Below, in pieces: positions 53,701-64,000 of a DNA stretch of 64,000 nucleotides. The notes under the pieces are model-generated. The model searched no databases. It saw only the letters and a list, made by a program, of their open reading frames with translations, and was not told where the DNA came from. This DNA comes from Acanthaster planci. Taxonomy: Eukaryota. The translations under genes and the position numbers were made by a program. Position 1 is the stretch's first letter; each line of letters starts with the position of its first letter. The stretch spans positions 1,438,540 through 1,502,539 of the forward strand of contig NW_019091359.1 in NCBI RefSeq assembly GCF_001949145.1. Reading direction: 5' to 3'.

Positions 53701-56700
53701 GCAGCCTATAGAAACTTCCAGTCTCACTTTGAAACTGAGAGACAAGAAGAGAATTAGACTGGTGTGTGTTCAGAAGACTGTTTGTCTGTGTCCACAGAAA
53801 ACAGATCAAGATGGCCAACACTGGCATGATATTGGTTCCTGAAGGAAAAACACGATAATGCTCACTGCAGACCCTCAAAAGTATGATTACTAGGTGCAAA
53901 ATAATGAAAATAGAGGAAATAACAGGAAATGAAAGGAGAAAAATATGAATTTCTATTGTATTGGGAAAAAAATGGCTGCCTACAATAGCAAGGATCAGAA
54001 TTCCAAATACCTGACTGAGCACTGTCTTTCTCAGGGGAAATCGGTAACAGGGGGCTCCCTTTTGGGGGAGGGCTACCAGGGTACAGCTCCCGGTCAGCAG
54101 CGACGAGGATGTTGAGGGAGGAAGTGCGGACCACAGGTGCCAGATTGGAACTGAGGGAGCCGTCGACCTCGCTGAGAAGGTTGAAGACTGCTTGGCGGCG
54201 CTTGGCGCGATTCTCCTCCGTGTGGCGGATGCGGCTAGCAATCTGAACTGTTGAGGAGTTGCCTATTATAAATTGAGCATTATTGTTAGAATCATGGAAA
54301 AAGTTTGTATATTTATAATATAATAACCACTTCTAATGAAAAACCTGGACTAAGGGTAGCAAAGAGGATGATGCCAAGGTGTTTGTGAATTCAAGTTTTG
54401 CCAAAATGAACTGCAGACACTACAAAAACTTCATTTCAATGAAAGTCCAATAATGAAAAGCAAATGCAAATAAGGAGAAACAAACCAAAAGTCACTCCAA
54501 GATTTGCTTCACTATCTTGCTTCAATACTCGGAATTTCAACCACAAAATTTGAAGATTTCATAAGAAGCAAAAGGTAAACTTAGAAGCACATAAATGTAA
54601 GGGTTTGTCTACTGTAAAAACCTTTCTAAAACAGAAGAATACATGCATGTACAGAAAACAATTGTTATGGATATTAATTATTTCTTCGAATACCAAAATG
54701 CTGGAATAATATCAGAACATCCATTCTTGGGTTTGAAATTCAGAACCTTTTAAATAATGATTCGGAGAGGGACAAAGTATCCATGTTGGTCACTTTGTTT
54801 TCTGTTTCTTCTGGAAGGTTCAAGTCAATATCTGGTATTCATCACAAGCGATCTCATGCGTGACATTAGACTGAGGATGAAGCCAATAAGCCTCACCTCG
54901 AGTTGATGGGGAAGCCTGACCGATCTGGCCCAGGAACGTCGGGTAGAACCAGAGTGGTTGAAGGACAGTAAGACCTAGCCCGCTCCAAGTAGCAACTCCC
55001 CCTTTGAAGAAAAAAGGACAGACGTTTTTGTTGTATGGAAGTTTGCCAAGCCTAAATCCTCTGGACACTTTTCGATCTGTAACCTACTGAAAATGTTACT
55101 GTTCTGTTAAAACAGAGGAGAGATACAAACAGTATGGATCTCTCTCATTGGACGTTGTAGGAAAATTACAACCGCACATTCAATGCCATCAGGTGCCTGC
55201 ACAGTGTGCAACATATTCTATACAAATGTGCCTGTTAATCAAAATATCCTCAAAATATGGCGCAGCCGATGCAGGTTTAATGCCCAAACTGCTGATGCAT
55301 ATGGCAATGTGTAGGAAATAACATCAGTTGAGAGACACCTATAGAAAGGGTTGACCTTTCTGCCAATTGTATGCAAAGTGAACTCCTCGTGTAACAACAC
55401 TACATTCTGTTTGAGAGAAAAAAATGTTGCACTGCCTGAATTAATACATAAATCCAAAACAGAACTTTTCATGTCGTTCTTACAGTTGTAAAAAAAATTG
55501 AAGTCAAAGCCAAAAATCAGTTTCTAGTTATCTTCGTGTATGCCCATTCACCGACAGCTTTTGACAAATCTGCCATTGGCTTTGACATGGACAGCTTCGG
55601 CACTTGTCTTTGTGGGGTGGACTAAAGATACCACCCCAAGTGTCTTACGATGGCTGAGATCCATCTTTGGCCTTGATACCAGTCTGAAATTCTTCTTTGG
55701 AGTAGAGGCTTTTCAGCTTACCGTCCTTGTCGTGACCCATGTGCTGTAGTAGGAGTCCTGTGATGGTGTCATGATGCAGCTCAAGAGCCAAATGCAACGC
55801 CGTGTGAATGTCGCTCACGCCCTGAGAAAGCAGCCACTTGCAGTTAGTCAAAGACATCACTGGTCAATATTCTGAATGCATGGGGCCTTCAAATGACCAA
55901 CACGAATGTCATTGGGGATTTGAATAAGTTAAGATCCAAAGTACAGCACAAGAGGGAACGGACTTGCCAGCCCTGAGTAATGATAACAAAGACCAGTAAT
56001 ACAAATGTATGTTCTGCATGTCAATTTCTCGGCAAAGCTAGACACAAGACACTGTTTGTCTTTTTGGTCTGTGCCCACCTGTTTCAGGAGGAGCTTAACC
56101 ATGTCGGTGTTCCCCTTCTGTACGGCCAGGCACAATGGGGTCTCCCTACCCTTGCCGATGTTGACGTTAGCACTCAGCTGCAGTAGAACCTCCACTCCCT
56201 ACGCAAAAAAAAAAATGACATTTCCACGGTCATTCCAAGTTTGCCTTCTGTGAGAGGAAGGAGCAATGCCAAATGCATTCCTCTACAGAAGGCGATGGCT
56301 TTTGTGCACATTTCAATGAAAACTGGAGATGCATTGCTCTGCAAACACACACAGTAATCAGTGCAAATGCATGTATTTATGTTTTACTACACCACCCAGT
56401 ACAGGGCATTGTGTTTTCTATTGTTCATACAATATAACACTCTCCCACGGGACTGAGCACTTACCAACAAGGACAACAGACTGACCGAGGACAAAGAAAC
56501 ATCCTTTATTTGCCTTGTGTTCTGTCCTCTCAAGTTTAATGAAACAAGTACCCACACCACATGTCCTCTCACAATGGCCATTCTCAGTAGGCCAGCAGTA
56601 CTATTTTATGCTCATGTATGGAACCCATAACTACTGGCTTCATTCCCCTCCCCCAACCATTTCACCGACCTTCAGTTTGTTCTGTCGACATGCCCACAGG

Positions 56701-59700
56701 AGCAAGTCCTTCTTGAAGTCCCATTTCCAGCACAGGACGTACAGGCACTCGCAAGCCAGGTCAATCAGAACTGTGAACCAAAGTCCACCATGCCACCGTT
56801 AGAGGACTTCCACAGTGGAAATTTCCAAAAGTAAACGCAATCTAAGAACACTGATCCTTGAAAAGTTGATCTTAAAAAAAAATAACTGCATGCACCAGCC
56901 CTTCACATCGTTGGTTCCGAAGAGCTCTGAGATTATCTGCACTCAACTTCAATGTTGTTTCTCGATTCTGATTAAGACAGCCATCTCCATTTCTAAACAA
57001 CCTGCATCCTTCAACATTAATCAGGTCTTTCCTATAAGAATTTTGCAGGATTTAGGAGGTAGAGCCAAGCTACAATTTTGTTTCACATGCAGCTTGACGT
57101 CTCTTGAGAGTTTAAGTGTAAATCATGTGCCACGAGTTTGCTTTACAGTGGATGATTTTAAAGGATCCAGGAAGGTTTCTTGCAAAAGGGAAAAAGACCA
57201 TTTCCCTGCCTATGTCACAAAGAAATAAAATGGCAAATGACCTTTATCTGAGCTATAGGTTTCAATGATGTAGAAAAGTTCTTCATGGGCATCATTCTCC
57301 ACAAACACGTGACCAATCTGCTTGGAGGTTTCAGCTAGAAGCTGCATGGCAACACAGCTCTGATGGAGAAAATTAAACAAAAGATTTCTTTAAGGTGGGA
57401 TTCAAACCATAAACATGCCAGTTACTGGTCCAACACCTTAACTGTGAGGAAAGCAAAAGGAGATACAATGCTTGCATGCCGAGAAAGCAAACTCATTCTT
57501 GCATTTGGAGCTTTTAAATTATTCAGATTAAAGTTTGTCAGGAAAACTTTTCTGGGACACGAAACCTACCTCAGCAAGAACATTGGGATCGTGCCGGAAC
57601 TTCTTCATGGCAGTGACCAGTGCCTTGGCAACCTGCCTAGCGACCGGCACGTTGTCGATGGACTTCTGCTCGGCGACCAGGGCCTGAAGGAGAATGCTGC
57701 CTTTCTGCTGAATGCCTGGAGAGGACAATTTACCCAAACAGTTGTTTTCAGCATAGTCATTTTGGTCTGCCGAATGTTAGATTACAAAACTACGAGAACA
57801 AAATCACACTTACTTGTTCTACAATTGTGGGGGCATACATGTACGTGCACGCTGATCGTTACTGATTTTGAGGAGACCCAAAATGTTGTGAGGTCAGAGA
57901 AATGTCCTCACAACTCAATTCTGATTTGCCGGAAAATAGAAAATCTTGCCAATAATGCAGTGATGGCCTGCCCATCATTATTAACATTCAACCTGACTCA
58001 CGGTGTGTTCTCACTCTACCCTATGCTTTCTATTGCTCAATCTACTAGACCAGACTATCAAGTACAGATTCACACAAGTTTACAAGAAAGGACCTTGAAT
58101 ATTTCACGACTACGGAGTGAGTTGGCAAAAGATGAATTTTGACATATCCCCAAATGTGGGAAAAACAATCAAAATCCTTTTATATGTAGGCGGATACCCC
58201 TCTTAACGTACCTGAAGTACCCAGAAAGATTATTCCTGTGCGTTTGAATACCCCAGTGCACTCTCTAAGACTGTATTAGTTATTTTAGCTGACTTGTCAA
58301 CAGTAACTCTGGTTGAATGAAAGTTAAAGGAATCAAGCCACTAAACATGGGGGGCAGGACATATTAACTTAAATACCTTCAAAGTGTCCATATCTAGCCA
58401 TAGTCTCTACAGTGTAGGCAAGAGCACCGGCTTCACACAACAGTTCTGCCATCCCATCTGCCAAGTCAAGAACAAATAAAACTAGAGGTATTCTTTACAT
58501 CCAAGAACACGAAGAAATGATTCTCAAAACAGACCTAATAAGACACATGGTTGGCAAGCCACTGTCAAAAGTTTTCATTGGGTGTAAGTTGGACCTCTAC
58601 GCAAACACTGTTCATGAAATATAAACCAACTTGTACGTTCATCGACTGAAGAAAGGTTGAGAAGGGAAACTGCAAACTCTTGCCAACAACGTAATCAAAA
58701 CGTAGAGTCAGATATGTACATTTAATCTGGAAACACTTGTTGTCCCTAATTTCCTCTATCTCCCCCTGCTTACCAAAAATGAGTTGAGAATGTAAAATCA
58801 AATGAAATTTGGTTGGTAACCCGTTTCTGGTAAGCAAATATTGTACATGATAACTAAAACTTGGCTGTAATGACCTGCGGTGGAGAGGACGGCCATGGCT
58901 TCCAAGGCCAGCTCCTGTATACTTCTGTTATCGGGATGGCTGACCATACTCTGTAGGATCAGCTCGTGAATGCCTTCGACCATGCACTGGTAGCGGACGA
59001 TATCTTGGCAAGGAACGAAGAAACAAACATGAAATCAGACACAAGGTACGTCAGTGATTACACAAATCAACTTGCAAATACAAGGCCTCTGTTCAGTAGG
59101 CGGAGCATCTTAAATTGGAATCGATAACAATTTATACTTTATCAAATGAAGATTATAACTTTCAAATCAATTAATTATGCAAACACACTCCATAAAGATG
59201 ATAGACTGGACTTAGAATGAAGAGACATCGGAAATGATACTTCACTCGTGAAGTTTAGAATTATTTTCATGATATAGTGTAAAACAACAGCCCCTACAAG
59301 GCCTAAACTTTGCTCAGAACTTGCCAGAATTTGGTAAGATTGTTCAATTAGCAACATCTACATGTATGATGCTAAGCCATGGTACTAGTTGAAGCCAATT
59401 TCAAGTTTGGGCTTGGAAACATTGAATGAGGCAGACTTACCAACATCTGCAAGGCAAGCTATGGCACCAATGGCAGCCTCTAATACATCCAGCCTATCGG
59501 GGTACATCTTGAGGGCATTGAAGATCTCCACCTGGACTCCCACGAGAGCTAGGGCCTCCTTATCCTCAGGGCTGAGAAAAGAAGGCAAAATATGGGGTTT
59601 CTGATTAGAAATATTCCTTCATTGACCTTCATTTTGACCGGACTCAGACTTCAAATAAAAACTTCGTTTCAAATGGAACACGAACACAAAGACTGACTAC

Positions 59701-62700
59701 AGGTGAGCAGAGGACAAAAATGTCACTCACTCCACGAAGTGACGAGTAGATAATATTTCCAGCACCACAAACTTGCCTATGGTGAATAGACTCCGTGCAA
59801 AAGATATGGGTCATTCCATGAAGTTTGGGCACAGTTTGTAACAGCGTCTCTTGTTACATTGGTAACTTTTATTGCCCTTTATCTTCACATTACAACAGAT
59901 TAAGTCTTATTATTCAGCAAAGATGAAGCATACCACTACAAGAACCTAGCAAGATTTAGAACAATGTCAATTTAGAATCCACGTGCAGGGAAAAAAGATG
60001 TTTATTTTCACTGATGTAACATGGGGAGCCGTCACAAACTGTGCCCCAATTTCGTGGGATGACCCATATGTCAATACATGGTATACATGTAGCAACTATG
60101 CATGGTACATTAATATGCGGCGTGACTGACTAAACGACAATAGACTGATACAAACACAAATTTCCTCTTTGTTCTGAACAAATAATTTGCTGTACCTGAA
60201 GAGGCAGAGGCCCATGCAGGCCTTGCAGGCCACGGCCTGGGCTTTAACACTCTGCTTGTGGGTGTTCATTCCTGCTTGGATGTCCATATAGGTTCCTTTC
60301 TCCATGAAGCTCTCCCGCATACGCTCTGGGCACCAAGGAAAGTCCAGATAGAGGTGGATTCAAAAGGACGCCGGGGAAGGTGTTAGTGTGGGTTAGTGCC
60401 CATTTGTAGAGTGAGTGATGAGGGATGTGGAACACACTGGTTTTCTATGGGACTGTTTACACTGACTGATTGACCTGCATGCTTTTAGCAGGGCCCCGAG
60501 CTGGACCTGGAGAGGGCGTTATTTTCTTAGCAACTGAGGCTCCTTTGGTCAGAACTGAACTCTGCTGGTTCGCGAACGACCAGGAAATACATGCATCATG
60601 GTCACATCGCTACCAGCAAACTGAACACTCCTGACCAAAGTGGCTCTTGGCAACTGATGAGGGGGTGATTCTGCTGAAGGCGGATTAGGTAGAGACAGCA
60701 ACTGACACACTGTCTACTTTTCAACAGCATTTTGTTTAGTACCATACACTAATCTTAGAAGACATCACTTCTTTTGTGGCAGGGTGCCAACACACTCCCG
60801 CATGCATTCTTAAAGGGTCCGTGTGGGGAACATTACTTAGACACACTTTTTGCAATGCAAAGAAACCAAGTGACATCCCTTTTGGGTTGAGTGTATCCAC
60901 CAGTGCACTTTTAAAAAAAGTGTTAAAAAACTGTCCATGCAATTTGACACAACTGAGGGCGCTATTGATGTGATGTCATTCAGAGTACACACTGCTCAGT
61001 TAAGTCAGAATTTTAGGCCAGTTCGAAGGGTGATACTACAGCAATAAACACAAACAGGTGGAGCCTTCTTTTTGACTGTCATGTCAGAAAGAAGCAAAAT
61101 GCCAGTCTTGTTACACCTTTTTCCTTACCAGAGGTGATGACCAAGGAGTAGACGGAAGCACAGGACGCTATGAAGATGCCTACCTCCCGTTGGCCATGCA
61201 CTCTGAGACTGGCCAACACTGCGTTCTCGATGCTGATGCTGGAAAATAGATGGAGCATCCATGAATCTTTGAATCTGACTGTGGCAACACAACAGGGCTT
61301 TTTAGTTTTGGAGAAATCCCCTGCATTTGACAGTTTACACCCTAAAAGAGAAAGGGTGCCTGGAAGTTTTTTGACCAGGCTCATATAAATGCCCAGAATC
61401 TGGGTGTGAATGCCTGGACCCAGCACGCATGAACCAAGGCATGCATGCCGTAGGTTCCCACCAGAAGGATGTCAATTGCTTGTGAAAACACGTCATCTCT
61501 TACTCCTGAATGGAAAGAAGGAAAATGGGTTTGGATTTGGCTCAGATTTCTTCAGTATCTCATTAAAATGGCTCAGTGACTCGACATGGCAAGATTTCTC
61601 TCACCAACCCATGGCCTCCCTTGGGGCATGTGCACATGCACGGCTGCACCCGACAAGGAGAACACTCCAGTATTAGTTTGCACATCCGCTGCATGAGAGT
61701 TGCCAGTGGAGGGAGGAGTACCGGTATTGTCAAGAGAATGCTAAAATATTCTACCTTTCTATTCCTTTCAGCACTTGTGGTCTCTTCTCAATCAGCTTAC
61801 TCAATGCGCTACATCCCGCCTCCTGTTTAAGAAGCAATAAGTATTGGTTAGTTGTGATTCTGAAGCTGGAAATCAGACCCTTAAGCATCAGTGATTTCAC
61901 GCTCTGAACGGTGGCATATCAGTATCGTTTTCAGCAAATGTAAAAATCAACAATCTTGAGGGCAAAAGGGCTTCTCAAAATGTTTCCACTAGCGTCCTCT
62001 ACTCGTTGTCAGGAGATGCATGATGGCAAGGAGGAAACTGATCCTGACAACAGGAAGCCTGGCTTGTGTGCAAAAATTGAATGCTATGGACAGAACCGTG
62101 TCTCTTCACATCACAGTCTAAGGTTTTACCTACATGTACCAGCGGCTGGCTAACTAGACTGGCCGTCAGTGCAAAAACACGATTCATGCAGTGTTTTTTA
62201 AAAGTTCTCATGCAGCTTCCAAAACACAAAATAACACACACTACCACTAAATACTAAATACAAACATGTTGGCCCAGGCTAACGTGGTAAATAAATCCTA
62301 AAAATGGCATTTGGGGATATTAACTCACCTGGCAGTCTACGTTATCCAGATGGAGGGTGAGTCCCATGAACACATCTGGAAGCCAATTGTCCTCTGCTGG
62401 GGCCTCTATGGCACTGGTACTAGAAGGCCTGAAAATAACGTCGGCTGGGAGAGACAGGAGGAACCAAATTTAAACCGAGGTTGGGATAATGGGGCAACTA
62501 CAGAGCAGGTGACAACTGGAGGAGTAAGGAGACAGCATTCAGGAAGGTATTACCCGTTCCGTCTGGTTGTGAGCCAGGCTTATGAAAAGACAGTTTGCAC
62601 ATGAATGAAACAAAATGCAAAAAAAGCTGAAATGAGAACCATGCTGAATGCAACGAAATGCAACATAGTCAATGTGGGAACCCTGCTTAATGCAACGAAA

Positions 62701-63713
62701 NNNNNNNNNNNNNNNNNNNNNNNNNNNNNNNNNNNNNNNNNNNNNNNNNNNNNNNNNNNNNNNNNNNNNNNNNNNNNNNNNNNNNNNNNNNNNNNNNNNN
62801 NNNNNNNNNNNNNNNNNNNNNNNNNNNNNNNNNNNNNNNNNNNNNNNNNNNNNNNNNNNNNNNNNNNNNNNNNNNNNNNNNNNNNNNNNNNNNNNNNNNN
62901 NNNNNNNNNNNNNNNNNNNNNNNNNNNNNNNNNNNNNNNNNNNNNNNNNNNNNNNNNNNNNNNNNNNNNNNNNNNNNNNNNNNNNNNNNNNNNNNNNNNN
63001 NNNNNNNNNNNNNNNNNNNNNNNNNNNNNNNNNNNNNNNNNNNNNNNNNNNNNNNNNNNNNNNNNNNNNNNNNNNNNNNNNNNNNNNNNNNNNNNNNNNN
63101 NNNNNNNNNNNNNNNNNNNNNNNNNNNNNNNNNNNNNNNNNNNNNNNNNNNNNNNNNNNNNNNNNNNNNNNNNNNNNNNNNNNNNNNNNNNNNNNNNNNN
63201 NNNNNNNNNNNNNNNNNNNNNNNNNNNNNNNNNNNNNNNNNNNNNNNNNNNNNNNNNNNNNNNNNNNNNNNNNNNNNNNNNNNNNNNNNNNNNNNNNNNN
63301 NNNNNNNNNNNNNNNNNNNNNNNNNNNNNNNNNNNNNNNNNNNNNNNNNNNNNNNNNNNNNNNNNNNNNNNNNNNNNNNNNNNNNNNNNNNNNNNNNNNN
63401 NNNNNNNNNNNNNNNNNNNNNNNNNNNNNNNNNNNNNNNNNNNNNNNNNNNNNNNNNNNNNNNNNNNNNNNNNNNNNNNNNNNNNNNNNNNNNNNNNNNN
63501 NNNNNAATGTGGGAATCCTGCTGAATGTAACAAAATGCAACATAGTCAATAACGCTGTCCAAAAAGAATTTCCTAAAAAATGTAACCACTTACTGAGTTT
63601 GGTCAGGATGGAGAAACCTAGTGTTTGGATGTCGGTGCTTTGACGGAACGTTCTGATCCCACTCAGGACCAGCTGGGAGGCTCCATTCACTTCTAGGAGC
63701 TGCTGACTTTCAA
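18035..63713 (-). CDS. LRRK2: Leucine-rich repeat kinase 2-like ROCO protein (ARM-ANK-LRR-ROC-COR-kinase-WD40); 5' end lies beyond the window
   Basis: About 61 GT-AG exons joined with consistent phases (listed per domain below). LRRK2-type motifs: [122 protein letters not shown]-terminal [13 protein letters not shown] helix. N-terminal armadillo repeats favour LRRK2 over LRRK1. Stop TGA at 18035-18037. Confidence 0.95.
22585..22730. repeat. Degenerate ~24-bp tandem repeat (intronic)
   Basis: Recurring gtgc(g)ctcaaaatacc.aa.gaact unit, about 6 copies. Confidence 0.7.
24416..28409 (-). CDS. LRRK2: LRRK2-like: protein kinase domain exons
   Basis: Exons 28409-28346 (GDGSFG), 27874-27809 (VAVK), 26590-26423, 25923-25825 (YRDLKPDN), 25545-25417 (DYGI...APE), 24958-24851 (DIYSFG), 24520-24416 (RPT). 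Confidence 0.95.
27020..27238. mobile_element. MITE with ~36-bp terminal inverted repeats
   Basis: gggctgttttccaaaactcaacttcatctctgtctg versus cagagacggagatgaagttgagtattgggtaacagccc. Confidence 0.75.
27292..27482. mobile_element. piggyBac-like MITE with TTAA target-site duplication
   Basis: TTAA-CCCCTTC...GAAGGGG-TTAA, 183-bp core; second copy at 680-909. Confidence 0.8.
28721..35191 (-). CDS. LRRK2: LRRK2-like: COR domain exons
   Basis: Exons 35191-35137, 34833-34699, 33755-33597 ([11 protein letters not shown]...YFVDPEWLC), 33008-32914, 32429-32329 (FEVALP...LLIP), 31998-31898, 30761-30675 (YWREGIYV), 30340-30258, 29893-29766 (EEWFPGL), 29311-29202, 28794-28721 (APDVMLADL). Confidence 0.93.
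31027..31099 (-). pseudogene. tRNA-like sequence (pseudo-tRNA or tRNA-derived repeat)
   Basis: GGTTGGA TA GCTC AGTTGGTA GAGC A CCGGT ACGGTAC TCCGG AGGCT GCAGG TTCAAAT CCCGC TCCAGTC A: cloverleaf with A and B boxes, but mismatches in the anticodon and T stems, no U33 and a GGT anticodon, so unlikely to be functional. Confidence 0.7.
31773..31869. repeat. 24-bp minisatellite, about 4 copies, just inside an LRRK2 intron
   Basis: Unit aggtcaacagagccaactgaagac. It explains the repetitive (VDLSSVGS)n read-through ORF. Confidence 0.9.
35713..37391 (-). CDS. LRRK2: LRRK2-like: ROC GTPase domain exons
   Basis: Exons 37391-37246 (P-loop GYGGRGKST, switch I ATVGI), 36668-36548 (WDFAGQE), 36246-36117 (VVYDVS...PWL...VGTHKD), 35872-35713 (VSC). 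Confidence 0.95.
37856..45009 (-). CDS. LRRK2: LRRK2-like: leucine-rich repeat exons
   Basis: Exons 45009-44711, ~42965-42883 (5' end inside the N gap), 42557-42421, 41626-41475, 40874-40754, 39550-39439, 39287-39213, 38888-38778, 37951-37856; repeated LxxLxLxxN motifs. Confidence 0.92.
41835..42178. mobile_element. Dispersed repeat/MITE related to 60490-60685 (opposite orientation)
   Basis: ggctcctcggttactgagaaaacagcgccctc and atccgccttgagcagaagcaccccctcactggttg match reverse complements of segments at 60490-60545 and 60640-60685. Confidence 0.55.
43619..43764. mobile_element. MITE with ~45-bp imperfect TIRs
   Basis: gagacacttggtggcgacaaacatgccggtcctttttaccag versus ctgtgaaaaaggactggtatgtctgctgccaccagcatctc. 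Confidence 0.7.
45470..45690 (+). mobile_element. Decayed SINE body
   Basis: tgtgtccctgggcaag...gggggtaacactgccattaactagcatccaattcaagggaatagaaatattttcagtcgtttcatg...aaaccggcgataaacgcc resembles, from recall, widespread invertebrate tRNA-SINE sequence. Confidence 0.5.
45866..54262 (-). CDS. LRRK2: LRRK2-like: long Ser/Pro-rich ANK-LRR linker exons
   Basis: Exons 54262-54011, 52454-52290, 49796-49620, 48182-48067, 47005-46918, 46027-45866; phases join without stops. Poorly conserved sequence, so extra or alternative exons are possible. Confidence 0.75.
47100..47378. repeat. ~46-bp minisatellite, about 6 near-identical copies
   Basis: Unit ctaggggtggctgactggtcaagtgccgacagtttttcccaagtct. Confidence 0.95.
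48472..48798 (+). mobile_element. tRNA-derived SINE with an (ATT)n tail
   Basis: Degenerate A box (tgggagagagtgg), B box ggttcgaatc, core-like gtgaccttaggcaagtcacttt and ctctccacccaggagtatagctgggtacc, ending cattattattgattatta. Confidence 0.7.
50327..50502. mobile_element. Near-perfect 176-bp palindromic MITE
   Basis: Arms tcacaatagtgcaccaccaagag.ttgcaa..cgttggccagtcaca..gca..aaatttgtcgaccc and gggtcgacaaattttgcgcactgtgactggccaacg..ttgcaa.ctcttggtggtgcactattgtga around a short spacer. Confidence 0.85.
51632..51759. mobile_element. MITE with TIRs gaggctttgc...ccatcttgcag / ctgcaagatggc...gcaaaccctc
   Basis: Terminal inverted repeats plus a second copy at 14558-14675. Confidence 0.75.
52829..53023. 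mobile_element. MITE-like element
   Basis: Imperfect TIRs aagcccaattttgtaga / ctccgtaaaattgagcctt; internal gctaagca and cttagca inverted motifs. Confidence 0.5.
54897..56770 (-). CDS. LRRK2: LRRK2-like: ankyrin-repeat region exons
   Basis: Exons 56770-56670, 56198-56079 ([22 protein letters not shown]), 55821-55722 (TALHLA), 55001-54897. Confidence 0.88.
57242..63713 (-). CDS. LRRK2: LRRK2-like: armadillo-repeat region exons (partial)
   Basis: Exons 63713-63594, 62578-62554 (tentative 25-nt microexon), 62428-62329, 61822-61755 ([11 protein letters not shown]), 61238-61129, 60325-60196, 59571-59441, 59003-58875 ([23 protein letters not shown]), 58457-58377, 57715-57570, 57359-57242. Confidence 0.85.
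59804..60069. mobile_element. MITE with ~55-bp imperfect TIRs
   Basis: atatgggtcattccatgaagtttgggcacagtttgtaacagc...gttacat versus atgtaac...gccgtcacaaactgtgccccaatttcgtgggatgacccatat. Confidence 0.8.
60490..60685. mobile_element. Dispersed repeat/MITE related to 41835-42178
   Basis: Internal inverted repeat gaggctcctttggtcag / ctgaccaaagtggctc and similarity to the 41.8-42.2 kb copy. Confidence 0.55.
62628..63550. repeat. ~42-bp tandem repeat spanning an assembly gap
   Basis: aatgtgggaa.cctgct.aatg.aac.aaatgcaacatagtc appears on both sides of the 62701-63505 N run. Confidence 0.75.
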
Positions 63714-64000
63714 CTACCATGAACAAGAAAATAAAAGCCTTACAACAAATTCAAGATCTCACATTCAATTTGAATTCACATTTACATGTTTAGTGCATTG
63801 AGGTGCACAAATGGAAGAATATAAACTGGCTAAGTCTCAGCACATGGGTGTAACCAAGGTGTATATTCTGCCCTACCGTAGTTGAGTTACGAGTCAGGTC
63901 CCAAACCTGGTACAGGTCATAATGAAGTAGGAAATGATGAAAAATGAAGTTCATTTTAATACTTTGTGACTAGCAAGTGACTGACTTGTGATTGGCTTTT

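Noticed and set aside
57363..58142. 259-aa plus-strand ORF
   Set aside because: Antisense to an LRRK2 ARM exon and its introns, with no recognisable domain; likely a chance frame.

Overview
Eukaryotic, intron-rich animal genomic DNA, probably an echinoderm such as a sea star (inferred from gene content and repeat types; not verifiable here), with three N gaps (720-839, ~42966-43509, 62701-63505). I reconstructed three minus-strand protein-coding genes by hand from GT-AG splice sites with consistent phases. (1) The 5' part of a THUMPD3-like tRNA methyltransferase gene (4 exons, 978-3228; the rest lies below 978 or outside the window). (2) A complete 5-exon gene (6319-10025) encoding a 165-aa protein I do not recognise, largely missed by the ORF track. 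(3) Most of an LRRK2-type ROCO kinase gene (about 61 exons, 18035 to beyond 64000; ARM-ANK-linker-LRR-ROC-COR-kinase-WD40). Introns and intergenic DNA hold many MITEs, SINE and tRNA-derived relics, and minisatellites. Highlights: the unrecognised gene; a 110-bp insertion flanked by a 13-bp direct repeat that carries a minimal hammerhead-ribozyme motif (5262-5397); and an LRRK2 ROC domain that naturally has Ras-like G12/Q61-equivalent residues and Leu at the R1441 Parkinson hotspot. Human residue numbering is from memory and manual alignment. No prokaryotic-type systems (CRISPR etc.) are present.
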